From a virus, in IMG/VR virus record IMGVR_UViG_3300036770_006434, positions 96,001-160,000 of that record: a stretch of 64,000 bases of DNA, one strand, 5' to 3'. Of this stretch, positions 53,720-63,280 are shown piece after piece; the stretch's first letter is position 1; the number at the start of each line of letters is the position of its first letter. A model generated the notes under the pieces. That model was not told the DNA's origin. It was given only the letters and a program-made list of their open reading frames with translations, and did no database searches. A program made the position numbers and the translations under genes.

Positions 53720-54760
53720 AGTGGCGGTATTGAGGGTTACACAGGTTTTCTGTTCGGTTATGATTTTTTCTTCTACTTTTTCAGCAGAGGCATTTGACTC
53801 TTGACTGTTTTTTGGCGCGATTTGTGCGTTTGATTCGGATGCAGCGGCAGCGGTTTCAGAGGGGGTTGAGGCATCGGATTTTTCCTTGATTTCTTCGTTT
53901 TCATCGTCTTCTTCATCCTCCATTTCTTCCTCGTGATTTTTGTCTTTGCACTGACAATTTTCGCACTTGCAATCGGGGCAGCATTTTTCCGTTTCTTCTT
54001 CCGCCTTAACGAGTTGGGTAACTGGCAAAATTCCTTTGACGGGAGCGGCGGGATTTTGCACAATGGAATAACCCAAAATAATTGCGTCTCCTTCGATGAT
54101 GCGGAAAACTTCTTCGCCCTCTGTCGTCTTGCCGTTGCCGCCATTGCAGCGGAGTCTCTTCTCGTAATCACGGAACTCGGCGTCAGATTCCGTGTAAATC
54201 TTTGCGTCCCAAAGATTTTTGGAGCCAACTCCAATGGAATATTCATTGAAGGCGATCTCCCAAGACATGGACAACGCATCTGTATCCAGAGAGTCGCCGG
54301 TTTTCGTAATATACTTGGCGAGCAGCGGTTGAACCGCTTTCCACAGGACTCCCGCGAAAGACATATTGAAGGGCTCCTGTAGATTGGCCGCCTCTTCATT
54401 GGTCAGTATCCGATGATCATCCAAGGTTGTCAGGGCCGGGAAAAGGACTACGCCCACGACCTTGGCTTTGTCATGGTCCGTCGAGATATACTTGTGCTTG
54501 GCTGTAGCATGAATCTCTATCGCCTTCTTGGCGGTAATACCGTCGCCGTTCTTGTTGATAAGGCCGCCGACCGCGCCGTCTGACGAGATGTAGAGGAGGT
54601 CCGGGTCATTCTCCGGGTTCACGTCCGGCGGCAAAATCCCCTTGAGAGGAGCTAGCGACGCTTTGGCCACGAATCTGTCGGTATCCGTGATGGCCGCGAC
54701 CTTCGCGGTAGACGTAAAAACAGACGTGTAACGGTAAGAATTGGTCTTGGAACTTGGCAT
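53039..54760 (-). CDS. Prohead protease / scaffold fusion
   Basis: 'INKNGDGI...STDHDK...VVG...LSMSWEI' protease motifs, then an acidic linker and a coiled coil. Confidence 0.8.
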   Translation of the reverse strand: MPSSKTNSYRYTSVFTSTAKVAAITDTDRFVAKASLAPLKGILPPDVNPENDPDLLYISSDGAVGGLINKNGDGITAKKAIEIHATAKHKYISTDHDKAKVVGVVLFPALTTLDDHRILTNEEAANLQEPFNMSFAGVLWKAVQPLLAKYITKTGDSLDTDALSMSWEIAFNEYSIGVGSKNLWDAKIYTESDAEFRDYEKRLRCNGGNGKTTEGEEVFRIIEGDAIILGYSIVQNPAAPVKGILPVTQLVKAEEETEKCCPDCKCENCQCKDKNHEEEMEDEEDDENEEIKEKSDASTPSETAAAASESNAQIAPKNSQESNASAEKVEEKIITEQKTCVTLNTATMKIESLDQLKSLWPELRKMESVAAVEDFVNAIQKGTSDWEQKLAAEKNIVQNLEKAKAEAEQRASELQASLDGVKKEVEDLKSSQAAAEATQKFQERMAAFDEEFDLDDEDRQMLASDLQSLPDDEAFAAYQKKMGKLMCGKKKGKAMAPVAPVKPAMAAKQEVPVAEAIASVTEIPGQTQIPVGQAQVAVDLKTALAEAFDGTIKVGGRSVKDRRADKAAKEPQE

Positions 54761-54770
54761 GCCTAATCGG

Positions 54771-54777
54771 GTTACAC
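54771..54777 (-). promoter_or_regulatory. Putative late promoter -10 element GTGTAAC
   Basis: GAAA-N15; 10 nt before ATG 54760. Confidence 0.65.
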
Positions 54778-54794
54778 GTAAAATAGACCTGATT

Positions 54795-55082
54795 TCACAG
54801 GAGTCTGAGAACTTCCTGATAGTTGAAAGCGGTCAGTTTTGCGCTGTTGGTCCCGGCTATTTCAACGGTTAACACACCCATTTCCTCTGGGGTAACTATA
54901 TCGTCCACAAAATCCCAGATACCGTAGCGGCGGAACCAGACCGAGTAATGGTCCCGCATATCCTCCGGGCTTATCGCCAAAACATCGTATTTCCTAAACG
55001 TCTTGGAGAATAGGCAGACATCCCGAAATATAGTCGGGCTGGACGGAGGGGCCGACAATTCGGCGGCGATGCCGAGGATCAT
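54795..55082 (-). CDS. Small hypothetical protein
   Basis: 95-aa ORF filling the operon gap. Confidence 0.6.
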   Translation of the reverse strand: MILGIAAELSAPPSSPTIFRDVCLFSKTFRKYDVLAISPEDMRDHYSVWFRRYGIWDFVDDIVTPEEMGVLTVEIAGTNSAKLTAFNYQEVLRLL

Positions 55083-55096
55083 GTTTTGTCCAGATT

Positions 55097-57217
55097 TTAC
55101 TGGTCTTCTCGGGTGTTGAGAGAAATGGAAACGAAGTTAGCGGTAGAGGAGGCCGTTCTTGCGGCGGCCGTTACCCATTCTCCGGGCTGTAAATCAAACC
55201 CCAGCTCGTTGATGTCGATAGACTCTTGGCCCAATTCGGCAATGGATATGGAGAACAAGAGCTGAGAATTGTCCCTGATAGTCGCCGTGGTCGCAGAGTT
55301 GTCGTATAAAGCACAGGAGTTTGTCGAGTATTGCGAAAAATTGGGGTTTCCCGCAAGATCGGCGTTTTTAAGCAGATAAATTGTAACCGGCTGAGTATGT
55401 TTGACGCTGGCGTTAAGGTTGATCAGATTGATGACGCACTGATTTGTTTTACCCTTGAAAGTGAGGGAGTTTTTGATTGTAAACAGCGCCCTAAAGGCGG
55501 ACGCAGTGACCGCCGAAGATGATTCTTGATATGTGAATGGGGGTCCATTCAGCTTTTTCTGCCCTTCGATAAATCCGGCGAAAGACGCTGTGGATAACTC
55601 CAGATTGGTCGTGCTTCCGTAGGAATAGGCAGATGCCGTAAAGGGGAACGACGGATTCCTGAAGTTTGGAGCCGTATTATTGTTGGGATACCTTACCGTG
55701 TGGACGCTGACCCAATCGGCGTTGTTCCCATTTGCGGCAGACTCAATCTGAAAATTCAAGATACCGTAACCCAGAAACTGATAGCCGATTTGATATACGT
55801 TACCCTTTGTGGTATCGAGGGTTACGGCACTATACCCGGTGCCGTTCATGGTGTCGCCATTCCATTGCGATTGAGGCGTCCAGTTTTCTATGGCCAAAAC
55901 TCCCGAGCGCGTTTCCGAGAAAGTGCCGGCGGCATTTGTAGATAGACCGCTGAACAGGAACGGGGCATTTTGGGGACCTGCGGCACCAGCCAAAAACACC
56001 ACGCCGGACCCAACGGACTGCGCGGTCCAACCAGTGTAGATTCCGGTCGAAATCTCGTATGCAGTTCTGAGGGTATTGGCAGAATTGCTGAGTTGAATCG
56101 TGTGCGGGACGTTGTTCAACACAATCGTGGCGTTGCCGGCCACCGTTGCAGAAGCCGAAAGAGTGAGGGTTTGGACTTCCCGCACACCCGCTCGGGCATG
56201 AAGAATACCGAAGTTTTGACCGCTATATCCGAAATAGATTCCATCTTCCGCGTGACCTATGCCGGCGACTTGGAACGAGTTAGCCACACCCGATGTGAAT
56301 TTCGCTGTAAACCGCGCGACTGCACCCTGACCGGGTCGGTAACGAAGTCTCTTTCTGGACTGAAGGGTAGCGTTGCCGCCAACGGACGTGTTTGTCCTCA
56401 TGACAAACTGTGCGTTTTCCTCGACTATCACGCCGCCAAGTCCGGTGGTTGCCCTGACCAAAATATCGTTTATTCCATAAACCGCATCGACTTGGAATAT
56501 GGGCAAAAGATTCTCTGTATGGACCGAGCCAAAGGGGTTGATAGGACCATGGATGGCCGCCTCCAAATGCCCCTCATTTGTAACGGGCACATTCACGTAT
56601 GAACCGTTTTCCACGCTACCCATCAGAACGCTTCTGGTAACCGTGGCGTCTGCGTCGGGCTGGACGCGGCTATTCAGCGTAGATGTAAGGATATTTTGAG
56701 AGCCAAAAAGAGTGGTAAGTCTCAGATAACCTTGATCATTTGAACCATTTGTATACACGGTTCGGTAGTATGGACGCGTGATAGACAGGCGATGGACCTC
56801 GTTGACGCCCGATTCTACTGTAAAACTCAGGGAACTGTCCCAGTTCACAGCATCCGGCGAGAACTGCATGTGCAATGTCCCGTCCGCATCCGATTTCGCC
56901 GCCACAATGACAGAAGAGTATTTCGATATGCTCTCGGATTCCCCGGTCCAAGCCTGATTGGACAAAAGCGCTCCGGTCGTATTGTTGAAAGACGAAACTG
57001 TGTTTACAGGAACTCCGGCCCCGCTTATCGCGAGGCTTAGCCCCTCCACGCCGACATCGCTGATTCTAAGCGGTCGAAACGCTCCGGTAGACGTGTTGCC
57101 GGCGGCGTTCTCCCAGACCAGACCGGTGTCATGAACATATTGTATTCCCGGCGCGATTCGCTGGAATCCTATAACGCTCTGGAAAAAGGGGAGTTCAGGG
57201 CTGGATATATTGGACAT
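55097..57217 (-). CDS. Putative virion structural protein (beta-rich, lectin/jelly-roll-like)
   Basis: S/T/G/N-rich; 'LQSRKRLRYRPGQG...RFTAKF...GIGHAEDGIYFGY' pattern recalled from phage minor structural proteins; between portal and protease. Confidence 0.5.
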   Translation of the reverse strand: MSNISSPELPFFQSVIGFQRIAPGIQYVHDTGLVWENAAGNTSTGAFRPLRISDVGVEGLSLAISGAGVPVNTVSSFNNTTGALLSNQAWTGESESISKYSSVIVAAKSDADGTLHMQFSPDAVNWDSSLSFTVESGVNEVHRLSITRPYYRTVYTNGSNDQGYLRLTTLFGSQNILTSTLNSRVQPDADATVTRSVLMGSVENGSYVNVPVTNEGHLEAAIHGPINPFGSVHTENLLPIFQVDAVYGINDILVRATTGLGGVIVEENAQFVMRTNTSVGGNATLQSRKRLRYRPGQGAVARFTAKFTSGVANSFQVAGIGHAEDGIYFGYSGQNFGILHARAGVREVQTLTLSASATVAGNATIVLNNVPHTIQLSNSANTLRTAYEISTGIYTGWTAQSVGSGVVFLAGAAGPQNAPFLFSGLSTNAAGTFSETRSGVLAIENWTPQSQWNGDTMNGTGYSAVTLDTTKGNVYQIGYQFLGYGILNFQIESAANGNNADWVSVHTVRYPNNNTAPNFRNPSFPFTASAYSYGSTTNLELSTASFAGFIEGQKKLNGPPFTYQESSSAVTASAFRALFTIKNSLTFKGKTNQCVINLINLNASVKHTQPVTIYLLKNADLAGNPNFSQYSTNSCALYDNSATTATIRDNSQLLFSISIAELGQESIDINELGFDLQPGEWVTAAARTASSTANFVSISLNTREDQ

Positions 57218-57231
57218 AAAATGAAAGCCTC

Positions 57232-59247
57232 TTACTTAGGCGCTTCCGTCCTACAGTGCCGCAGGATAGCGGCGTCCACGAAATCCACCTGATAAGACTC
57301 GGCGATCTCATCAATCTCCCGACCGATTTCCAACGAGATGGCGGGCGGATTTTCTACGGCAGACGCTACGGATTCTCTCCATTTCGCCGGAGGAACGGTA
57401 GCTATGATATTGTTGACCAATAACTTGCAGGCGTTGCTCTGGACTTCGTTCAATCCACCCTTGACCTTGAAACGCTTTTTCAAAGCACCGGCAACCGACT
57501 CGGATAAATTGCCGTATTCCTTGAGAAATACGGTATAGTTTTTGAGCGAGAAAGCATCCGAAGCCCGGCTTGTCCCGATGGGTGACGCCTTTCTGGTGCC
57601 GGACTGCTTGATTCCGCTCGTGCCAGCGGGGCGACCATTCGCGGCAGGACCGCCGCCGCCCTCTTCGTCGTCTTGTTTCCCGCCAATCAAAGGATTGTAA
57701 TACCCGTCTTCGCGCGCTTTTTTGTATTCCTTCTGGCCATTGCGCATTTCATTTACGTTCGGAAGGACCTGAGTTTGAATGGCTTCAACCACCTGTTCGG
57801 CGGTAAGGATGCCGAGCTGACCGAGCTGTGTATAAATCCGGGACATCACCGCTTCATCCTGCAAGTCAATGGGTTGGAACCCGATTTCTGGAACTGTCCT
57901 AAAATTCATAGTCTCGCAGATTTTCTTGATTTCCGGCATGAGGAAATCGTTCAGGAATCTGTTCTGCCCCTCCTCCAGTCGTTGGATGAAGATTTTAGCC
58001 TTCATCTGGGCATTGGCGAATTTATCGTTACCAGAGAGGATGGATTGCAGCCCTTCTCGGATATCATTGTCCACGACCTGATACTTTTCAGGTCCAAGAA
58101 TCTCTTGGATCGGGGGGACCAGCCACTGGCCCTTGACCGTATAGTCAGCTACCAGCACACGGCCAACCGTCTGGTTATTCATCAGCGACTGGACGCGCGC
58201 GATATTGTTCTGATTGATGCCGTTGCCGCCGTTATACTGATTCGGCGCTTCACCCATCGTGATCAGAAGGATGGCGTGCTCAATGGTCCGCGCCAGAGCC
58301 TTGTCCATCTTGGTTAAAGTCAGTTTCCACTCCACATCCGGGAGAACCGGCCAGACCATTGGAACTGCCAGCGGCTCATAGTCCTGTTTTTTGTAGAAAA
58401 AGAACCGCAGTCTCTTGGGGTCCATTTGCAGGTATACGCCCATAGGATTGGTGGCACCGTATTTGATCTGTTCTTTGGCTTCGGGCGGCAAATCCTTGTA
58501 AACCTGCTTGTCCTGCTCCGTCACAGGATTGCGCAGGCGCTCGCATTCATACGTGGAAAGGAGCCGCACATAGGTATACGGGAAACTCAGACCGGATGGA
58601 ACGAAGACGTTTGACGGGTTTAGCAGTTCATATCGGATTGGAACCCGATTCGCTTTTGCGCCATACGTGGCCCTAAAATTGTCGTAATAAGCAGGGCCGA
58701 ATTGACCGTCAAAACGGTAAAGGAACACGTTCCCGGAGCGGTAATATTCGCGCAGAGCCTGTTCCGTTAACTTGTTCATCTGCACGGCCTTAAACCACTC
58801 TTGGAAGAAGGTTTTGACCGTCTGGTTCTCGGACTTGACGAAAAGCGGCTGGGTGCTGAACTCCACTGCCACCTCTATGGCGTTCCTGATGATCGCGATG
58901 CCTGCCCAAGCCTTGGCACAAAGGTTGATAGCGTCCGTGGCCCCGGCATATTCCCTGCCGCCCGTGAACCCGATATACGGAGACGGCATGGCGTTGATGT
59001 TTTGGAATGCCCCCGCGTCGGAAATGGAGCTGTTAAGCTGGCGGCCACGATAGACCGTCTGAGAAGCGCCCCCAGAGGAGTCTGCGGCAAGCGCCACTTC
59101 ACCGCCGTAGTTGATTTCAGGAAAAGGCGTGGGATTCACCGAAGCACTGGACTGGGCAACGGGATGGTTGATATTGAAAACCGGCGGCTGAGCGGCGATT
59201 TTCCGAGCATCCCAATACGAAGAGGACTTGGTGTATTTTCTTGGCAT
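57232..59247 (-). CDS. Portal protein
   Basis: Directly after TerL; 'IIRNAIEVAVEFS...EYYRSGNVFLY' helical portal pattern; 671 aa. Confidence 0.8.
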   Translation of the reverse strand: MPRKYTKSSSYWDARKIAAQPPVFNINHPVAQSSASVNPTPFPEINYGGEVALAADSSGGASQTVYRGRQLNSSISDAGAFQNINAMPSPYIGFTGGREYAGATDAINLCAKAWAGIAIIRNAIEVAVEFSTQPLFVKSENQTVKTFFQEWFKAVQMNKLTEQALREYYRSGNVFLYRFDGQFGPAYYDNFRATYGAKANRVPIRYELLNPSNVFVPSGLSFPYTYVRLLSTYECERLRNPVTEQDKQVYKDLPPEAKEQIKYGATNPMGVYLQMDPKRLRFFFYKKQDYEPLAVPMVWPVLPDVEWKLTLTKMDKALARTIEHAILLITMGEAPNQYNGGNGINQNNIARVQSLMNNQTVGRVLVADYTVKGQWLVPPIQEILGPEKYQVVDNDIREGLQSILSGNDKFANAQMKAKIFIQRLEEGQNRFLNDFLMPEIKKICETMNFRTVPEIGFQPIDLQDEAVMSRIYTQLGQLGILTAEQVVEAIQTQVLPNVNEMRNGQKEYKKAREDGYYNPLIGGKQDDEEGGGGPAANGRPAGTSGIKQSGTRKASPIGTSRASDAFSLKNYTVFLKEYGNLSESVAGALKKRFKVKGGLNEVQSNACKLLVNNIIATVPPAKWRESVASAVENPPAISLEIGREIDEIAESYQVDFVDAAILRHCRTEAPK

Positions 59248-59260
59248 TCTACTTTGGTGG

Positions 59261-59267
59261 GTTACAC
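59261..59267 (-). promoter_or_regulatory. Putative late promoter -10 element GTGTAAC
   Basis: GAAAA-N14; 13 nt before ATG 59247. Confidence 0.65.
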
Positions 59268-59310
59268 GAAATACAGAGGTGTTTTCCGGTAAAAGTGGAA
59301 TATTTGACTT

Positions 59311-61206
59311 TTACCCGACGAAAGCGTATGGGAACTCTACCGGGCCGGTTTTGATCTCCATGGCCATGGCTTCGGTATACATTTTGACACACCAGTTGGC
59401 GATCAGCAAAGCGCTGTAACTGTCTTTGCGGACGCGAGTTGGGCCAGTGGTCCGGCGCAGGTTTTGCGGCAGCTCAAACCCCATGGTGCCAAGGGTCGAT
59501 ATCTTCACCTGAATCAGAGCGCACTCCTTCTTTGTCAAATCCACGAGAAAGTCCTGATTCGATATAAACTCCGATGCAGTAGTTTCCTTAAAGTCTTCAT
59601 GACCAGATAGGATGGACAAGTCCAGACTCATAGCCCGACTGACGGACGAGCCATGGGCAGCTATCTTGCCGCCGAACAGGATGTTTTTGTGGTCAAAACA
59701 GGACTGGAGGTATTCATTGGAGGACCTCTGCCACTCAGAAGAGAACGGCTGCTTTTGGACTATCTTGCCGGCGGTCTTGTTGTAGCCCCGGCGAATCTCG
59801 GTAACCACCTCATTGAAGGTGTGCTTCTTGAAATCGGCTCCTATGTCCAATAGCTTTATATCACTGTCCTGAAACAGTTTAGACTGGTTGCAGGAATTGA
59901 TAAACTCCAACTCATCGCCGCCCGACGCGTCTACCCCAATATACACGATATTGAAATTTTTCATCAGGTAAAAGAGATACAGCATGTGGTCCTTCAGATT
60001 GCCGCCGGCCACCGCGTAAGAGTGGACGACCATGCCGATTTTTTTGCCATCCGTCGCGCGCGTGACCACTTTCATCAGGCACATGGCGAAATGGTCTGAA
60101 GACTCTGATCCAGAAAGACTTTGGTCAATGCCAAGGACGTATTCAGCCTTCTCTTCTCCGGTCAATTCCAGACACGGCGCTTCCCCATCCGGTATAGTGC
60201 ATTCTTGCATCTTTGAAGCGCGGTAAAACCCGTCCGAGTCATTGGTAAATTGAGCGCCATACTCACGATTGAACATGGACTCGGAAGTCTCGCGCTTGGC
60301 AGCCATGATTTCCTCCATGTCCAGAAGTCCGGCAGGCGCGGCCTCCCAAGATAGTCGCGAAACGAAGTAGCCGCGACCGGCGGCCTTGAATTCATCGTAT
60401 TTCACCTTGTCTCTGACCGGGTCCAGCATGAGGATGTCGGTCCAGCTCTTGTATTGGCGGTATAGATGCTCAAACTGGTAAGACGCGGAGGACAGGAAGA
60501 TGACCTTTTTGCGGTCATCCACGATGGTCCTATCCTTCTCGCTCATAAGTCCTTGCGCGATCATCTCGCTTTCCCTTTCGTCCACCTGTCTCTGTTCCGT
60601 GATCTTGTTTTTGGACGCAAGGAACGGCCTTAGAATCTCGGCGATGATGTTTTCCGGCAGGAACGCGAACTCGTCCACGATCAGAACGTCAGCGCGAACG
60701 CCACGGATGGACCGACCGTCGCCAAGGGGCAGACATCGGATGACCGCGCCGTTGGGGACCTGCAAAATGTATTCATCCGTCTTGGTCCTGAGATCGTCCG
60801 GGAAGCAGGCTCGCAAAAGCCCGGCGCTTTCCTGCTTGATCAGTTTGGCGCACAATTCCAGAATCGCGCGGCTTTGGCGAAACGAGTAAGAGGCTATTAC
60901 TATACGGGCGTTTGGATTGAATATGGCCCAATACAGGGCGAAGGTGCTGACGGAATAGCTTTTTGAAAGTCCGCGTCCCCAAACCCCGAGATTATAATCA
61001 TTTCTGGCCCAGCCTTTTATGATGATTTCTTGGAACGGGAAGAGTTTGATTCCGCCCAGAATGTCCATCAAAAACGCGGGGTTGTGATACAGGAACTCCG
61101 CCAATGTTGCCTTAGCTTCCTCGTCACTAAGGTCGCCTTCCAGAGCAGAAAATTCAGCAAAGACATTTTTTATAGGACGAACGTTATTGATGCCAAGTTC
61201 TATCAT
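59311..61206 (-). CDS. terL: Terminase large subunit
   Basis: Walker A-like 'WGRGLSKS', Walker B 'VLIVDEFA', 'LSSA' motif III, RNase H-like 'VLGIDQS...SDHFA' and 'RKDSYSAL'. Confidence 0.92.
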   Translation of the reverse strand: MIELGINNVRPIKNVFAEFSALEGDLSDEEAKATLAEFLYHNPAFLMDILGGIKLFPFQEIIIKGWARNDYNLGVWGRGLSKSYSVSTFALYWAIFNPNARIVIASYSFRQSRAILELCAKLIKQESAGLLRACFPDDLRTKTDEYILQVPNGAVIRCLPLGDGRSIRGVRADVLIVDEFAFLPENIIAEILRPFLASKNKITEQRQVDERESEMIAQGLMSEKDRTIVDDRKKVIFLSSASYQFEHLYRQYKSWTDILMLDPVRDKVKYDEFKAAGRGYFVSRLSWEAAPAGLLDMEEIMAAKRETSESMFNREYGAQFTNDSDGFYRASKMQECTIPDGEAPCLELTGEEKAEYVLGIDQSLSGSESSDHFAMCLMKVVTRATDGKKIGMVVHSYAVAGGNLKDHMLYLFYLMKNFNIVYIGVDASGGDELEFINSCNQSKLFQDSDIKLLDIGADFKKHTFNEVVTEIRRGYNKTAGKIVQKQPFSSEWQRSSNEYLQSCFDHKNILFGGKIAAHGSSVSRAMSLDLSILSGHEDFKETTASEFISNQDFLVDLTKKECALIQVKISTLGTMGFELPQNLRRTTGPTRVRKDSYSALLIANWCVKMYTEAMAMEIKTGPVEFPYAFVG

Positions 61207-62189
61207 AGGGAAACTGGGTCAGGTCTTTCAAAGGACAGTCTCTTCAAATCGTATTCACCCTGCAAATCCACGGACTTCACTGCGTCTCCTGCCGCGAGCA
61301 GTTTGACCACAGCCATAGATGATTCATCCCTGTTTTTCACGAACAGCGCCTGAAAGGAGGTCGGGAAACGGTGGAGCAAATCGCGCAGATTGTGAAAGAT
61401 GTGTTCTGGCGTGACACGGATGTGTCCGAATTGCCGCTTCAGGTATGGGATAGAGTTGTAGGCGAGCGCGTCGGACAGCGGTTGTTCTACCAACATGATT
61501 ATGTAGGCACCGGTTTCCTGCGCCCGCTCCAGCTCGCGAACGAAGCGGGACAGATTGGAGTCGCCGGCCCGGGTCTCTCTGTCCGACAAGGTGCCTAAAA
61601 AATCCGACAGGTTCTTTCTTTCGATGTAGATGCCGATATCACGGTCCGGGGGCAGCCCGTAGTCGCCGCAGACCAGTCTTTCCGATACAGTGGGGACTGG
61701 CAAATCCAGCGGTTTCTGTTCCCGCGTGTCCATAATGACCTTGGCGGGCATAGCACCGCTTTCCGGCAAGCCACCGCCAAACAGCGGGGTATATCCAAGA
61801 GACTTGCAGATGGCACCGTATCCTTCCGGGAAGGCGGCCTCATAATAGGCGAGGCTGGGACACAGAAGGGAACGTAGCTCGACTTGGGTAGGCGAATAAA
61901 CCAACCCCTTCTCCTCTTTTCTTTTACGCAACCAGTCCAAAGCCCATTTTTTGCCCTCTTCCGGGCACGTTTTCAACCACTTCTTCAGCCCGTTTTTATT
62001 CAGGAACTCCCGCTTCACATACTCGGCGGCGGGAGCCTTGAACGGGATTTTCTCACCTGTCCCCTTGTCAAAAACCGGCGCGTGTTCCGTATAGTAGACC
62101 TCCTGAGTGATCTTGAGTTTCCTCAGATGCTTGTGAAGGGTATCCAGATTCTCGTGCTCTGTTCCGTCTATGGCGCAAATGATGGGCAT
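61203..62189 (-). CDS. ERCC4 (XPF/Mus81-type) nuclease-domain protein
   Basis: 'VIMDTREQ...GDYGL...IERKNLSDF...RFVRELER' matches the ERCC4 V-D-x-R-E / GD / ERK-x3-D catalytic signature. Confidence 0.85.
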   Translation of the reverse strand: MPIICAIDGTEHENLDTLHKHLRKLKITQEVYYTEHAPVFDKGTGEKIPFKAPAAEYVKREFLNKNGLKKWLKTCPEEGKKWALDWLRKRKEEKGLVYSPTQVELRSLLCPSLAYYEAAFPEGYGAICKSLGYTPLFGGGLPESGAMPAKVIMDTREQKPLDLPVPTVSERLVCGDYGLPPDRDIGIYIERKNLSDFLGTLSDRETRAGDSNLSRFVRELERAQETGAYIIMLVEQPLSDALAYNSIPYLKRQFGHIRVTPEHIFHNLRDLLHRFPTSFQALFVKNRDESSMAVVKLLAAGDAVKSVDLQGEYDLKRLSFERPDPVSL

Positions 62190-63280
62190 CAGTGAATGAT
62201 GGTATTCGGGTCAATTCCCCACAGCTCGCCGCGAAGACTGTCCATGGTGCTAAAACGCTCAACCTCCTGTTTAAGGGCGGTCTGCTGCTTTTTCTCGACC
62301 AGTTTGATGATTCGGTTCCTGTCCTCTTTCCTCTTCCAAGCCTGCACCAACGGATGCATGGACGAGGAGCCGGCAATTCTTTCATTGATCATCTTGAATC
62401 GCTCCCCGGTCAGGGTCTTGATAAGGGAGTTGATCTGCTTCAAGTGTTCAGTGGCCTTCTCCTTGGTGGCGTTAAGGGCATCCACTTCCGGCTTGCTCAG
62501 TTTCTTCGTATCATCTTCCAGACTGATGGTGAAACGCTCGTCCAGTTTTCTCACGAGTCTGTCGGCAATGTTTCTTTGCGAGGTAAGACTGGCCAATTGG
62601 ATGTATTGGATCACATGCTCGGCCGAAAGGTCCGGCTTGTCCCAACAGGTGGAGATAAAGACCGACTCAAACACTTCTCGGTCCAGCCTTTTCACGAACT
62701 TGTCCGCTTCCACCTTGAATACAGGCAGCTGCATATAGGACATGAGAGCGTCAAGTCCCTTCTTTTCTTCGGCCGACAATTCTCCGTCATGGAACAACTT
62801 CTTCCCATCCGCTCGCGCCTGAATCTTGTATTCGTTCAACCTGCCGGCCAGAGCCACGATGCTGCGAGGCGGCGCATACTCTTCGGCCAAATCATCTTCC
62901 TTGCGATACCCCGGCTCTATCTGGCGGATATGCGACAAAACGAGCTGGGACTCAAAGCTGGCACCGTTCAGGCGCGGGTTTGAAAACAGAATTCTCGCTA
63001 TTTCCGTAGGGTTGGAACTCTTATACGCGTTTCCGATAAACTCCTTCTGCTCATCGGTCAAGCTGGCGGTTTCCGGCAGCGGCGGAGGTGCCTTCTGTTT
63101 GCCGTTCATTTCAGCTATATACAGGCGGATGGCCTTCCATTCAACGGACCGCTGGTCAAGCGACTCTTTATCGGGGAAGACCATGCCCAAAAGGGTGTTG
63201 GGGTCCAGTCGGAAATTCTGTTCTATCAGTTCCTTCTGGGCTTCGTCCAGTTTTGGGAGGGGTTTCGCTACTTTTGGCAT
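62189..63280 (-). CDS. Hypothetical protein, candidate terminase small subunit
   Basis: HTH-like 'SNPTEIARILF' plus long coiled coils; two genes upstream of TerL. Confidence 0.4.
   Translation of the reverse strand: MPKVAKPLPKLDEAQKELIEQNFRLDPNTLLGMVFPDKESLDQRSVEWKAIRLYIAEMNGKQKAPPPLPETASLTDEQKEFIGNAYKSSNPTEIARILFSNPRLNGASFESQLVLSHIRQIEPGYRKEDDLAEEYAPPRSIVALAGRLNEYKIQARADGKKLFHDGELSAEEKKGLDALMSYMQLPVFKVEADKFVKRLDREVFESVFISTCWDKPDLSAEHVIQYIQLASLTSQRNIADRLVRKLDERFTISLEDDTKKLSKPEVDALNATKEKATEHLKQINSLIKTLTGERFKMINERIAGSSSMHPLVQAWKRKEDRNRIIKLVEKKQQTALKQEVERFSTMDSLRGELWGIDPNTIIH

Noticed and set aside
54726-54732. GTGTAAC on the + strand inside the protease gene
   Set aside because: It is antisense to the gene, has no downstream start, and is explained by the codons for YRYT. 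Treated as chance.
59311-61206. Intein or group I intron in the terminase or other core genes
   Set aside because: TerL, portal, MCP and gpL are continuous and of ordinary length, with no intein terminal motifs. The endonuclease genes lie between complete genes.
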